DNA of 64,000 bases from the NCBI GenBank assembly GCA_049509515.1, contig JBEKZV010000011.1, positions 63,737 to 127,736 of the forward strand, in the 5' to 3' direction. This document shows, piece by piece, positions 48,745 through 57,492 of this stretch (position 1 is its first letter; each line of letters opens with the position of its first letter). Both the position numbers and the translations under genes were made by a program. Under the pieces are notes generated by a model. That model was given only the letters and a program-made list of their open reading frames with translations, was not told the DNA's origin and made no database searches. Origin of the DNA: Thermoguttaceae bacterium. Its GTDB lineage: Bacteria > Planctomycetota > Planctomycetia > Pirellulales > Thermoguttaceae.

Positions 48745-49281
48745 CTACTGCTTGTCGTAAGCCGGGTGCGGCTTGTGCTGCTGGTCGATGTGGCAGCGGA
48801 CGCAAACGTTCTGCGGCGCGATCTTATAGATCGATCCCCGCACTTCCTTGTCCTGGTCCGGCGAGAGGACTTTCACGTTTTCGTATTTCTTGGCGATGAC
48901 GGCGTGCTGGCTGCCCGGGCCGTGGCAGGCCTCGCACGTGGTGCCGGCGAGGTTGGGGGTCGAGGTCGCATCCTTGAAACCGGTGGCGGCCCCGTAGCCC
49001 GTGGAGTGGCAAATCAGGCACTCGGCGGTGCCGCGATACTTGGCCGGCACGCTCTCGAATGCCTCTTTGGCGTGCTTGGTCTTCTTCCATGCCATGTAGG
49101 CCTTCAGGTGGCAGGCGGCGCACTGCTTGGTTCCCGTGTAGGTCTGGTCCGCCGGGGGATGGACCTCCGTGACCGGTTCCGCCGGCGGCTGCGACCGCGC
49201 CGGCAGCCCCCACAGCATCCAAATTGCAGCCAACGTCCCTGCCCCAAGCAGTGCCAACCAATCACACCTCGGCCTGACCAT
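48745..49281 (-). CDS. Periplasmic tetraheme c-type cytochrome
   Basis: 178 aa with a signal peptide. Heme motifs CAACH, CLICH, CEACH, CVRCH. It is the first gene of the minus-strand cytochrome operon; 11 nt separate it from the next gene. Confidence 0.8.
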   Translation of the reverse strand: MVRPRCDWLALLGAGTLAAIWMLWGLPARSQPPAEPVTEVHPPADQTYTGTKQCAACHLKAYMAWKKTKHAKEAFESVPAKYRGTAECLICHSTGYGAATGFKDATSTPNLAGTTCEACHGPGSQHAVIAKKYENVKVLSPDQDKEVRGSIYKIAPQNVCVRCHIDQQHKPHPAYDKQ

Positions 49282-49712
49282 GTTCTTTCTCCTGACTACA
49301 CGGGAAGGTATGGCCTCGGCTTCGACGGCACACCCGCTGTTACGCCGAATCGAGGTACTCGAATCAGTTTAATTTAGTCTGGCGTAGCAATCAATAAGTG
49401 GGTCTCATAATTTTTCGTTTTGAGGCCGTGGTTGACGGGATTGTTGAAACACGTTTTGATTTAAGAACTTATATCGTTTGGAAAGCCTCCGCAAGCAAAC
49501 GAAGCGGCCGATAGATTATCATGCTACTTGTCTTTATGGCTAGACTAGGAATGATTTCCAAACACCCCATGCTAGACAACCACCCCGTCAGGTGGTTCAT
49601 AACCATGCTCAGTTGGCTTTTCCGTCTGAACCCCTTTGACAAGACGCATATGAACCTGGTATAGACATTCCATGAGAGACGTGCCTGCGGTTCACTTCAA
49701 GGAGGCCGGTCG
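49282..49712. promoter_or_regulatory. AT-rich divergent promoter/regulatory region between the two cytochrome operons
   Basis: About 430 bp at roughly 40-45% GC within a ~68% GC context. Contains a sigma70-like ttgaca-17 nt-gtatag candidate, three catgcta repeats, a ctagactag element, and AAGGAGG 7 nt before the Rieske ATG. Confidence 0.5.
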
Positions 49713-50177
49713 ATGACCGAATCCGTTGCCCGGCGCAATTGGTTGCTGCGGTGCCTGGAGGCCGGGATCGCCATGACCGTGGCAGCGATCTTCTACCCGG
49801 TGGCCCGGTTCCTTCGGCCCAGGACGGCGACACGGTCGGGCGGACTGGAGATCGTCGCTCCATACCGCATGGATCAGCTCAAGCCGGACGCCGAAGGTCG
49901 CTGGCCGCCACCGTTCGACTTCGGCGGCAAGCCGTGCCTGCTGATCCTGGTGGACGGCCAACCCAGGGCGCTGAATGCCGTGTGTACGCACCTGGACTGC
50001 ACGGTCGAGTATCGCCCCACCCCGGGCGATATCTTCTGCAACTGCCACAACGGCCTGTACGACCTGAACGGCCGCAACATTTCCGGCCCGCCGCCGCGGC
50101 CGCTGGAACTCTACAAGGCCGTCAAGGGCAAGGGGAATCCCGGCCAGGAGGAGATCCTTGTCTCGCGCATCGTCTGA
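49713..50177 (+). CDS. Rieske [2Fe-2S] subunit of a cytochrome bc-type complex
   Basis: TAT-type N-terminus [19 protein letters not shown]. Cluster ligands CTHLDC...CNCHNGLYD (CxH...CxxH). Confidence 0.9.
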   Translation: MTESVARRNWLLRCLEAGIAMTVAAIFYPVARFLRPRTATRSGGLEIVAPYRMDQLKPDAEGRWPPPFDFGGKPCLLILVDGQPRALNAVCTHLDCTVEYRPTPGDIFCNCHNGLYDLNGRNISGPPPRPLELYKAVKGKGNPGQEEILVSRIV

Positions 50178-51531
50178 AATCGCGTCGGGGAACCGGGGCT
50201 GGCTGGGGCGCCTCGGGGAGTTCTTCTACCAGCGGTTGGGCCTGGACAGCGCCGCGGCCCTGGCCGCCAAGAAACACGTCCCCGTCCACCGCACCACTTT
50301 CTTCTATTTTCTCGGCGGGATGGCGCTATTCTTGTTCGGCGTCCAGGTGGCCACCGGCATCCTGCTCTCGCTCTACTACAAGCCTTCGCCCGACCAGGCC
50401 TTCGAGAGCGTCCGCGCGATCATGACCGAAGTGGACTTCGGCTGGCTCTTCCGCTCGATCCACTCCTGGAGCGCCAACCTGCTGATCGGGATCCTGTTTC
50501 TGCACCTGTTGACGACGTACATGATGCGGGCGTACCGGCGGCCCCGTGAACTCACCTGGATGACCGGCGTCGTCCTGCTGGGCGTCTTCCTGGCCTTCGG
50601 CTTCAGCGGCTACCTGCTGCCGTGGAACCAGCTTTCCTTCTTCGCCACCCGGGTGGGCACGGCCATCGCCGGCGCGGTGCCCGGCATCGGCAAGTACGCC
50701 TTGCTCATGGCCCGGGGGGGAGAAGAAATCACCGGCGACACCTTGGCCCGCTTCTATGCCCTGCACGTCGTGATCCTGCCGCTGGCGACAATCGGCCTTA
50801 TCGGGCTGCACCTGTTCCTGGTGCAGAAGCACGAGATCAGCATCCCGGAGGGAGCGATCCGCGAGCACGGCGGTGTGGACAAGGTTCCCCACATGCCCTT
50901 CGTGCCGCATTTCCTGCTCCACGACATGGTCGGCTGGTATCTGGCGCTGGGAATCCTGGCCGCCCTGGCCGCCCTGTTCCCGTGGGAGCTCGGGCAGAAG
51001 GCCGACCCCTTCGGCTCCGCCCCGGCGGGAATCAAGCCGGAGTGGTACTTCCTGTTCATGTTCCAGGCGCTCAAGCAACTCCCCGCCAACCTCTGGGGGA
51101 TCGAATGGCTGGAGGGGGACATGGTCGGGGTGCTGTTCTTCGGGTTCTGCGGCGCGGTGGTATTCTTAGTGCCATACCTGGACGCGGACGTCACGCGGGA
51201 GCGATCCCGCCGCCTTCTGACCTTGTTGACGGCCCTGCTCGCGGCATTCCTTGCGGCGGTGGTCTTCTGGTTCCTGTGCAATGCGGCCGGCGCGCTCGTG
51301 GTGTACCGGTTCACCGATCCGTCGCAAGCGCGAGACCTCGACCGGGAAGCATCGGTGGCCTGGTGGCTGCAATACGTGGCCTACCCGGCGTGTTGCGGCG
51401 CGGCGATGATCCTCATCGCCCTGGCGACGTTCGGACGCCCCCGCCGGCAGCCGCGGTTGAACGTCAACCTCATGGCCGCCTTGGCCGTGTTGTTCTTCAT
51501 CGTCATGACCGCCTGGGGGCTGGCCAAATGA
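50158..51531 (+). CDS. Cytochrome b subunit of a bc/b6f-type complex (fused b6 plus subunit-IV-like, 457 aa)
   Basis: TTG start at 50158 with AGGAGGAG upstream; it overlaps the Rieske gene by 20 nt. Cytochrome-b signatures: [22 protein letters not shown], His ligands in [14 protein letters not shown] and [12 protein letters not shown], and [13 protein letters not shown]. The stop overlaps the next gene's start (ATGA). Confidence 0.9.
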   Translation: MSRASSEIASGNRGWLGRLGEFFYQRLGLDSAAALAAKKHVPVHRTTFFYFLGGMALFLFGVQVATGILLSLYYKPSPDQAFESVRAIMTEVDFGWLFRSIHSWSANLLIGILFLHLLTTYMMRAYRRPRELTWMTGVVLLGVFLAFGFSGYLLPWNQLSFFATRVGTAIAGAVPGIGKYALLMARGGEEITGDTLARFYALHVVILPLATIGLIGLHLFLVQKHEISIPEGAIREHGGVDKVPHMPFVPHFLLHDMVGWYLALGILAALAALFPWELGQKADPFGSAPAGIKPEWYFLFMFQALKQLPANLWGIEWLEGDMVGVLFFGFCGAVVFLVPYLDADVTRERSRRLLTLLTALLAAFLAAVVFWFLCNAAGALVVYRFTDPSQARDLDREASVAWWLQYVAYPACCGAAMILIALATFGRPRRQPRLNVNLMAALAVLFFIVMTAWGLAK

Positions 51532-52901
51532 GAACGATCCGAGCGTTGTCCCTGGCGATCATGCTTGCGGCGGCGTCCGCAGCCGCGGCGGCGGAGCCCA
51601 AGGTCCAGGCCGGCCAGGCCCCGCCGGGACCGAACAACTGCATCCTCTGCCACAGTAACAAGGACCTGTGGGAGGGCGAGCAAGCGAAATTGCTCGTCAC
51701 CGAGGCCGATCTGGCCGGCGACATCCATTGGCAGAGCGGACTGCGCTGCCAGGACTGCCACGGCGGCAACCCCCGGGCGGAGGACATCAAGCAGGCGCCA
51801 CACGCCGCCGAGGACGGGTTCCGCAAGGTTGGGTCGCCCAAAGACGTTCCCGAGTTCTGCGGGAAGTGCCATGCCGACATCGAGTACATGCGCCGCTACC
51901 GCCCCTCGCCGCGGACCGACCAGCTTGCCGAATACTGGACCAGTGACCACGGCCGGCAGCTCAAGACCGCCGGCGATTTGAAGGTGGCCACGTGCATCTC
52001 CTGCCACGACCGGCCGCACGGGTCCGGCGCCGAGCGGCACCCGCACGGGATACGGCCCGTCAGCGACCCGGCCTCCTTCGTCTATCGCACCCGCGTGGCC
52101 AAGACCTGCGCCACCTGCCACGCGGACAAGAAGCTGATGGCCGGCCGGCAGTATCACGGCCAGCCCCTGCCGTGCAACCAGTACGAGCAGTGGAAGGAGA
52201 GCGTCCACGGCAAGGCCATGATGGAGAAAGGCGACCTCAGCGCTCCGACCTGCAACAACTGCCACGGGAACCACGGGGCGGTCCCCCCGCAGGTCGACAG
52301 CGTGGCCAACGCCTGCGGCGCCTGCCACGGCAAAGTGGCCAAGCTGTTTGCCGAGACCCGCATGAGGCACAAGTTCGAGTTGGTGGGCCTGCCGGGATGC
52401 GCGACCTGCCACGGCAGCCACGAGATCCGCCAACCCACCGATGCGATGCTGGGCATGCAGACCGGGGCCGTCTGCGCCCGCTGCCACGAGCAAGGCAAGT
52501 TCGGGGCCACGCTGGCCGGGGCGGCGACCGCCAGGAAGCTCCGCGCCGGCCTCGAACGGCTCAAGCGTGGCATCGGCAAGGCGCAGGACACCCTCAGCGA
52601 GGCGGAGCAACTGGGCATGGAGGTCAGTCAGCCGCAATTCACCCTCCGCAAGGCCTCCGACGCCCTGACCAACGCCCGCTCCCTGATCCACGCCTTCCAG
52701 CCCGACCCGGTCGAAAAGGCCCTGGCTACCGGCCAAGAAGTCGTCGAGGAGGTCCAGGAGCAGGGCGACCATGCCCTCCAGGAGCACACCGCGCGGCGGA
52801 TCTGGCTGGCGGCCTCCCTGGCGCCGATCCTGCTGGTGATTCTCTTGCTGCTGCTCTACATCCGCAGCCTGCCGGCGCCGACGGACGGCGCGGACAGTTG
52901 A
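51528..52901 (+). CDS. Nonaheme c-type cytochrome with a C-terminal TM anchor (the c-type subunit of the bc complex)
   Basis: True start ATG 51528 ([22 protein letters not shown], signal), inside the spurious 759-aa ORF 50622..52901. Heme motifs CILCH, CQDCH, CGKCH, CISCH, CATCH, CNNCH, CGACH, CATCH, CARCH. C-terminal anchor [21 protein letters not shown]. The N-terminal ~90 aa are paralogous to the N-terminus of the 46385..48733 protein. Confidence 0.85.
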   Translation: MRTIRALSLAIMLAAASAAAAAEPKVQAGQAPPGPNNCILCHSNKDLWEGEQAKLLVTEADLAGDIHWQSGLRCQDCHGGNPRAEDIKQAPHAAEDGFRKVGSPKDVPEFCGKCHADIEYMRRYRPSPRTDQLAEYWTSDHGRQLKTAGDLKVATCISCHDRPHGSGAERHPHGIRPVSDPASFVYRTRVAKTCATCHADKKLMAGRQYHGQPLPCNQYEQWKESVHGKAMMEKGDLSAPTCNNCHGNHGAVPPQVDSVANACGACHGKVAKLFAETRMRHKFELVGLPGCATCHGSHEIRQPTDAMLGMQTGAVCARCHEQGKFGATLAGAATARKLRAGLERLKRGIGKAQDTLSEAEQLGMEVSQPQFTLRKASDALTNARSLIHAFQPDPVEKALATGQEVVEEVQEQGDHALQEHTARRIWLAASLAPILLVILLLLLYIRSLPAPTDGADS

Positions 52902-53038
52902 TCCATCCTGCCCAGTCTCTCTGCCCCGCGGCATTTTCCCGAAAGTCACATTGACAGGGTTGCCCGTGCGGGATTATCGTTAGCGGCCCAAAAAGTTGGG
53001 CGATCGCGGCTCCAAACCTTGGCTGCCAACGCACCGCC

Positions 53039-55030
53039 ATGACAACTCTCGGCCAGCTCTGCTTGTTGATCGCGCTGGTGGGCTCGGGGTATGCGGCCTT
53101 TGCGTGCATCGTGGGGTGGCGGGGCGGGCACGGCGCGGTCCTGAAAGGCGGCTTGGCGGCGGCATGGGCCGCGCTGGCCGGGCTGTGCGGAGCGGCGGTG
53201 ATCCTTGCCCATGCACTGTTGATCAAGGACTTCCGTTTCGACTACGTCGCCCGCTACTCCGACGCCCTCCTGCCGGTACATTACTCGCTGTCGGCATTCT
53301 GGGTCGGCCAGGAAGGATCGCTCTTGTTGTGGGCCTGGTTGGTCGCCCTGGTGGCGATCAGTTACCGCTTCACCGCGGGCAAACAAGCCGACGGGCTGCG
53401 CGAGCTGGCCTTCGGCGTGCTGATGGCCTACGCCTGTTTCTTGGTGGCGATCATGGTGTTTGCCGCGGATCCGATGCGGCCCGGCCTGACCGCCCGGACG
53501 AGCGGTGAGGGACTGTCGCCCCTCTTGCAGCATCCGGCGATGCTGGTTCACCCGCCGATCGTCTTCCTCGGTTACTCGCTGTGGGGCGTCCCGTTTGCGC
53601 TGGCCGTGGCCTGCCTGGTCAGCGGCCGGTTCGAAGCCGCGTGGCTTCGCCAGGCGCGGGCTTGGGCCCTGGTGGCCTGGGCAGTGCTGGGCGGCGGCAT
53701 CCTGTGGGGTGCCGAGTGGGCTTATGAAGAACTCGGCTGGGGCGGCTACTGGAGCTGGGACCCCGTCGAAAACGGATCGCTCATGCCGTGGCTGGCAGGA
53801 ACCGCCCTGATCCACGGCCTGCTGGCCTGGCAGCATTCCGGCGGCCTGAAGAAGACCACCCTGGGGTTGGCGGTGGCGACGTTCGCGCTGTGCAACTTCG
53901 CCGCCTTCCTCACCCGCAGCGGCATCTTCAGCAGCCTGCACGCCTTCAGCCGGTCGCCGATCGGCTGGATGTTCCTGGCGTTGATGTTGTTTCTGGTGAT
54001 CGGAGGGGCCGCGCTGCTCTTGGCCCGCAGGAGCCGGCTGGCGGCCGAGCGGCCCATCGCCGGCCTCTGGAGCCGCGAGGCCCTTGTGCGGCTGGGAGTA
54101 CTGGCGCTGGTGCTCCTGGCTGCCGTCACTCTGGCGGGCACCTTGGTCGTGCCCGTGGCCAGTATCCTCTGCGGTCCGCGAATCGTCCTGGGCGCCGGTT
54201 TCTACAATTGCGCCTTGATCCCCGCGGGATTCGTGCTCTTGGCGGCCATGGTGGCGACGCCGTTGTGCCGGTGGCGGGGTTCTCCGACGGCCGCGGGGAA
54301 GCAGTGGCTCACGGCCGCCGCCGGCGCGGGGGGCATCGCTGCAGCGACGGCCTTCCTGCGCGGTGCGCGGCATCCGGTCACCTTGGCCGTGGCCGGGCTG
54401 GCCGCCTCCGCCGCAGTCGCGACGGTGGCCGCCTGGATCCTCGACGCGCGCCGGCTCTCGTCGGCGCGGCCCTGGCTCCGACCGCTCCGCGCACTCGCCC
54501 TCCGCCGCAGGCAGTACGCCGCCCTGGGCATCCACCTGGGCTTCGTCGCGCTGGCGATCGGCGTGACGGGCTCCTCGCTGGCCGTGCGATCTCACGACGC
54601 CACCCTGGCGCAGGGCGACGTGCTCCACTGGGCCGGCTACTCGATCCGCTGCCTTGCCGTGCGAGCGCGCGACCTGCCGGACCGCTCGATCCTGGCCGCG
54701 GAACTTGAGGTGTCCGAAGGCGGGGCGACGCCCTACCAAGTCACGCCCAGCAGGGCCTGGCACCGGCCGCTGAACCAGTGGACCACGCGCGTCGCCATCC
54801 GCTCCCGCTGGGACGGCGACTTCTACGCGATACTGCGGGGCGAGGTCGAGCCGGGCAAGGCCGATTTGACGTTCCAGGACAACCCCATGATGCGATGGCT
54901 GTGGGCCTCGGGGTGGATCGCGGCCGCCGGCGCCGCGATCGGACTGGGGCCAGCGAGACGGCGCGGCCGGCGCCTGCCGGAAGCACGGCCGGCACTCCTG
55001 CCCCACGCCGCGCGTTCGAACCGCCATTGA
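53039..55030 (+). CDS. ccmF: Cytochrome c-type biogenesis heme lyase, CcmF/NrfE family
   Basis: 663 aa and polytopic. WWD motif WAYEELGWGGYWSWDPVENGSLMPWLAGTALIHG, with conserved His residues in the flanking TM segments. Confidence 0.85.
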   Translation: MTTLGQLCLLIALVGSGYAAFACIVGWRGGHGAVLKGGLAAAWAALAGLCGAAVILAHALLIKDFRFDYVARYSDALLPVHYSLSAFWVGQEGSLLLWAWLVALVAISYRFTAGKQADGLRELAFGVLMAYACFLVAIMVFAADPMRPGLTARTSGEGLSPLLQHPAMLVHPPIVFLGYSLWGVPFALAVACLVSGRFEAAWLRQARAWALVAWAVLGGGILWGAEWAYEELGWGGYWSWDPVENGSLMPWLAGTALIHGLLAWQHSGGLKKTTLGLAVATFALCNFAAFLTRSGIFSSLHAFSRSPIGWMFLALMLFLVIGGAALLLARRSRLAAERPIAGLWSREALVRLGVLALVLLAAVTLAGTLVVPVASILCGPRIVLGAGFYNCALIPAGFVLLAAMVATPLCRWRGSPTAAGKQWLTAAAGAGGIAAATAFLRGARHPVTLAVAGLAASAAVATVAAWILDARRLSSARPWLRPLRALALRRRQYAALGIHLGFVALAIGVTGSSLAVRSHDATLAQGDVLHWAGYSIRCLAVRARDLPDRSILAAELEVSEGGATPYQVTPSRAWHRPLNQWTTRVAIRSRWDGDFYAILRGEVEPGKADLTFQDNPMMRWLWASGWIAAAGAAIGLGPARRRGRRLPEARPALLPHAARSNRH

Positions 55031-55040
55031 GGAGGTTGCC

Positions 55041-56027
55041 GTGGGAATGGTTCAAGCACTGCTGGTGATCGGCGCGGTCCTGTCGGGCCCGCTGCCGGGG
55101 AGTAACGGCACGATCCGCGGCACCGTCGTGAACCGGTCAGCCACGAGGCCCGTGCCGTGCCAGGCCACCGTGGTCCTGAGGATTGAATCGGGCGGCCAGT
55201 TCGTCCCGCTACGCCAGTTGGAAAGCGATTCGCAGGGACGGTTCCGCTTCGACCGATTGCCGGTCGGGGCCATTTACCGGTACTTGGTTGGGGCCAACCG
55301 GGACGAGGTGCACTACCCCGGGCCGCGAATCGTCCTGACGGACGGGCGGCCTGAGGCCGAGGTCGAGTTGGGCGTCCGCGACGCGGTTGCCCGGCCCAAC
55401 CCCCTCCTGATTCGCAGCCTGGAAATTGTGATCGTGCCGGAGCCCGGCGCGCTTCGGGTGTCCGAGTCCCTGCGCATCGAGAACCCTTCTTCCACGTGTT
55501 ACGTGGGCGAGCCGCCCCCGGGAGGCGGCACCCCGGTAACGCTTGCCCTGGGCATCCCTGCCGACTTCGAGCGCACGACGTTCGAGAAGGAGTTCTACGG
55601 GCGGCGGTTCGCGGTGGCTGACGGCAAGGTGGTAACAAGCCTTCCGTGGCCGCCCGGCCGGCGGGAACTCCGCTATACGTATGTGCTCCGCAACGACCAT
55701 GCCTACCGGTGCTGGGAGCGGCCGCTTGACCTGCCGTGCTCCCACGTGCGGGTCCGCGTCCGCACGTCCAAACCCAACGACGTGCGGTGTAATCTGCCTT
55801 GGCTGCCCGCCGAATGTGACGGCGAGATCCTTTTCCAATCCGACGATCCGATCCTGCCGGCCGGGCACGTCCTGCGCGTCGAATTGGGCCGCCTGCCGCT
55901 CGGCTGGATGGACTATGCCAGGCCCGCCGCCCTCCTGAGCCTGATCGGGCTGATCGCCGCCACGAGCTGCGTGCTGGTCCGACGACGACACACGCACCCC
56001 AAACCCGTTCGCGGCTCCAAGCCATAG
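55041..56027 (+). CDS. Membrane-anchored protein with an N-terminal carboxypeptidase-regulatory-like (transthyretin-like) domain
   Basis: 328 aa. Signal or anchor, then GTIRGTVVNRSATRPVPCQATVVL...DSQGRFRFDRLPVGAIYRY. C-terminal TM helix LLSLIGLIAATSCVLV. Starts 11 nt after ccmF. Confidence 0.5.
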   Translation: MGMVQALLVIGAVLSGPLPGSNGTIRGTVVNRSATRPVPCQATVVLRIESGGQFVPLRQLESDSQGRFRFDRLPVGAIYRYLVGANRDEVHYPGPRIVLTDGRPEAEVELGVRDAVARPNPLLIRSLEIVIVPEPGALRVSESLRIENPSSTCYVGEPPPGGGTPVTLALGIPADFERTTFEKEFYGRRFAVADGKVVTSLPWPPGRRELRYTYVLRNDHAYRCWERPLDLPCSHVRVRVRTSKPNDVRCNLPWLPAECDGEILFQSDDPILPAGHVLRVELGRLPLGWMDYARPAALLSLIGLIAATSCVLVRRRHTHPKPVRGSKP

Positions 56028-56058
56028 TGCCGGACATTTCTTGATCGCCGGCAGACGC

Positions 56059-57414
56059 CTATTCCACCTTTGGAGAACCGCCAGTCACAGCGGTCCCTTG
56101 CGATGTACCCTCACCCCTCTCCCTGTTCCTTGCCGGCCTCGCCGCGTTGTTGGCGATCTCAACGCTGCCTTTGCTGTTGTTGGCGATCTGCGCCGGGCCG
56201 GCGAAGACGTTGCCGGTGATCACCGCCCGGTCCACGGCCTCGCCCAGTCGGATCTGGGGCCGGTTGGCGCGGAACTCGCAGCCGCGCACCAGTACCGTGC
56301 CGCTCTCCGCCTGCACGGCGTGGCGTCCTTCGCCCTTGGAGTCCCACTGGACGAACGTGCAATCGCTGAATCCCACCGTCCCCCGCCCGGCGATCTTGGC
56401 AATTTGCCGGCACGGACCCCAGAAAGCGCAATTCACGAACCGCACGCTCCCCGTGTGGCCCTGGTCGATCTCGACCATGGTCGGGTCCGGCCCGTGGAAG
56501 GAAACGAATTCGCCGTTGGTAATCAGGAGTCCGAACGGGGCGCTCTCCTTGACCATTACCGCCCGCCGGCAATCGTCGGCTCCCAGGCCGAGGAAGTTGC
56601 CGTTGCACGACCCCGTGCCGCTTGTGATGAACTTGTATCCCACGTTGTAGCCGAAGCAGAACGTGTTGAACATGTACTGCCAATCGCTGCGGGCCAAGAT
56701 GAATGCCTCGCCGTTTGCCATCTGCCACGCCATGAGTTTGGGCTGGTTGCTCCACCAGGGATTGAAATGGACGTTCTCGATCCGGCCGACATCGTAGATC
56801 GCGTCGACGAAGACGCCGCGGCGGAGAGGCTGGCCCTGGACGTTGCGGATCAGGTGGCGCTCGTTGCGCGAAGCGTCGATCCCGGAGTAGGGATTGAGCA
56901 TTTCAACGTCGAGCACCGCCGGATTCTTGCCCCGCATGGCGATGGCATAGGGATAGGGGCTGGGCACCTCGTCCGGCTTCTGCTGCGGGTAGTAGAGCGC
57001 GACGCCCTTGAGCGTGCTGTTGGTGTTGAGCGTGATGAAGGCCGGCCCAGTCTCGCTCCCGGCTCCCTCGGTGACCAGGAAGGTCGTGCCGTCGTCGGTC
57101 GGCTTCGGGAGTCCCCGGTCGCGGAGGCCGTTGTGGGCGGGGACCGATTCCCAGATGCCCGCAAGCGTGACGGCCGCCGGCACGTTCAAGTGTCCTGCGA
57201 AGAAGTACGCGCCCTGCGGGGCCATGACCTTGCCGCCGCCGGTCTTGGCCGAGGCATCCAGCGCCCTCTGGAACGCGGCCGTGTCGTCGGTCTTCCCGTC
57301 CCCTTTCGCCCCAAAATCCCGGACGTTGAGCATGCCGGGAGTACTTTGTCCCCACGCCACTGGGCTGAGCAGCAACAAGACCAACGGAAGCACGGTAGGA
57401 GTGAGCCGTCGCAT
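56059..57414 (-). CDS. Secreted right-handed beta-helix protein of the pectate-lyase superfamily (GH55/GH28-like)
   Basis: Signal MRRLTPTVLPLVLLLLSPVAWGQ. The Pectate_lyase_3 N-terminal motif NVRDFGAKGDGKTDDTAAFQRALDA. Confidence 0.7.
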   Translation of the reverse strand: MRRLTPTVLPLVLLLLSPVAWGQSTPGMLNVRDFGAKGDGKTDDTAAFQRALDASAKTGGGKVMAPQGAYFFAGHLNVPAAVTLAGIWESVPAHNGLRDRGLPKPTDDGTTFLVTEGAGSETGPAFITLNTNSTLKGVALYYPQQKPDEVPSPYPYAIAMRGKNPAVLDVEMLNPYSGIDASRNERHLIRNVQGQPLRRGVFVDAIYDVGRIENVHFNPWWSNQPKLMAWQMANGEAFILARSDWQYMFNTFCFGYNVGYKFITSGTGSCNGNFLGLGADDCRRAVMVKESAPFGLLITNGEFVSFHGPDPTMVEIDQGHTGSVRFVNCAFWGPCRQIAKIAGRGTVGFSDCTFVQWDSKGEGRHAVQAESGTVLVRGCEFRANRPQIRLGEAVDRAVITGNVFAGPAQIANNSKGSVEIANNAARPARNRERGEGTSQGTAVTGGSPKVE

Positions 57415-57492
57415 CGCCTAAGTCTCCTTTCGCGTAGTGTGGAACGACAGGGCTGGCAGTCGTTGGCGGCGCAAACAAAGCTTAGTATCGGC

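Noticed and set aside
50622-52901. 759-aa plus-strand ORF that appears to span cytochrome b and the nonaheme gene
   Set aside because: It is a frame artefact. Its N-terminal 300 aa are an out-of-frame read-through of cytochrome b. The genuine nonaheme cytochrome begins at ATG 51528 and overlaps the cytochrome b stop.
52946-55027. 693-aa minus-strand ORF antisense to ccmF
   Set aside because: The CcmF WWD motif and its TM helices are on the plus strand. The antisense frame is Arg/Gly/Pro-rich.
55041-56027. Calling the post-ccmF gene ccmH or ccmI
   Set aside because: It has no CxxC thiol-disulfide motif and no TPR repeats. I left it as a carboxypeptidase-regulatory-like hypothetical protein.
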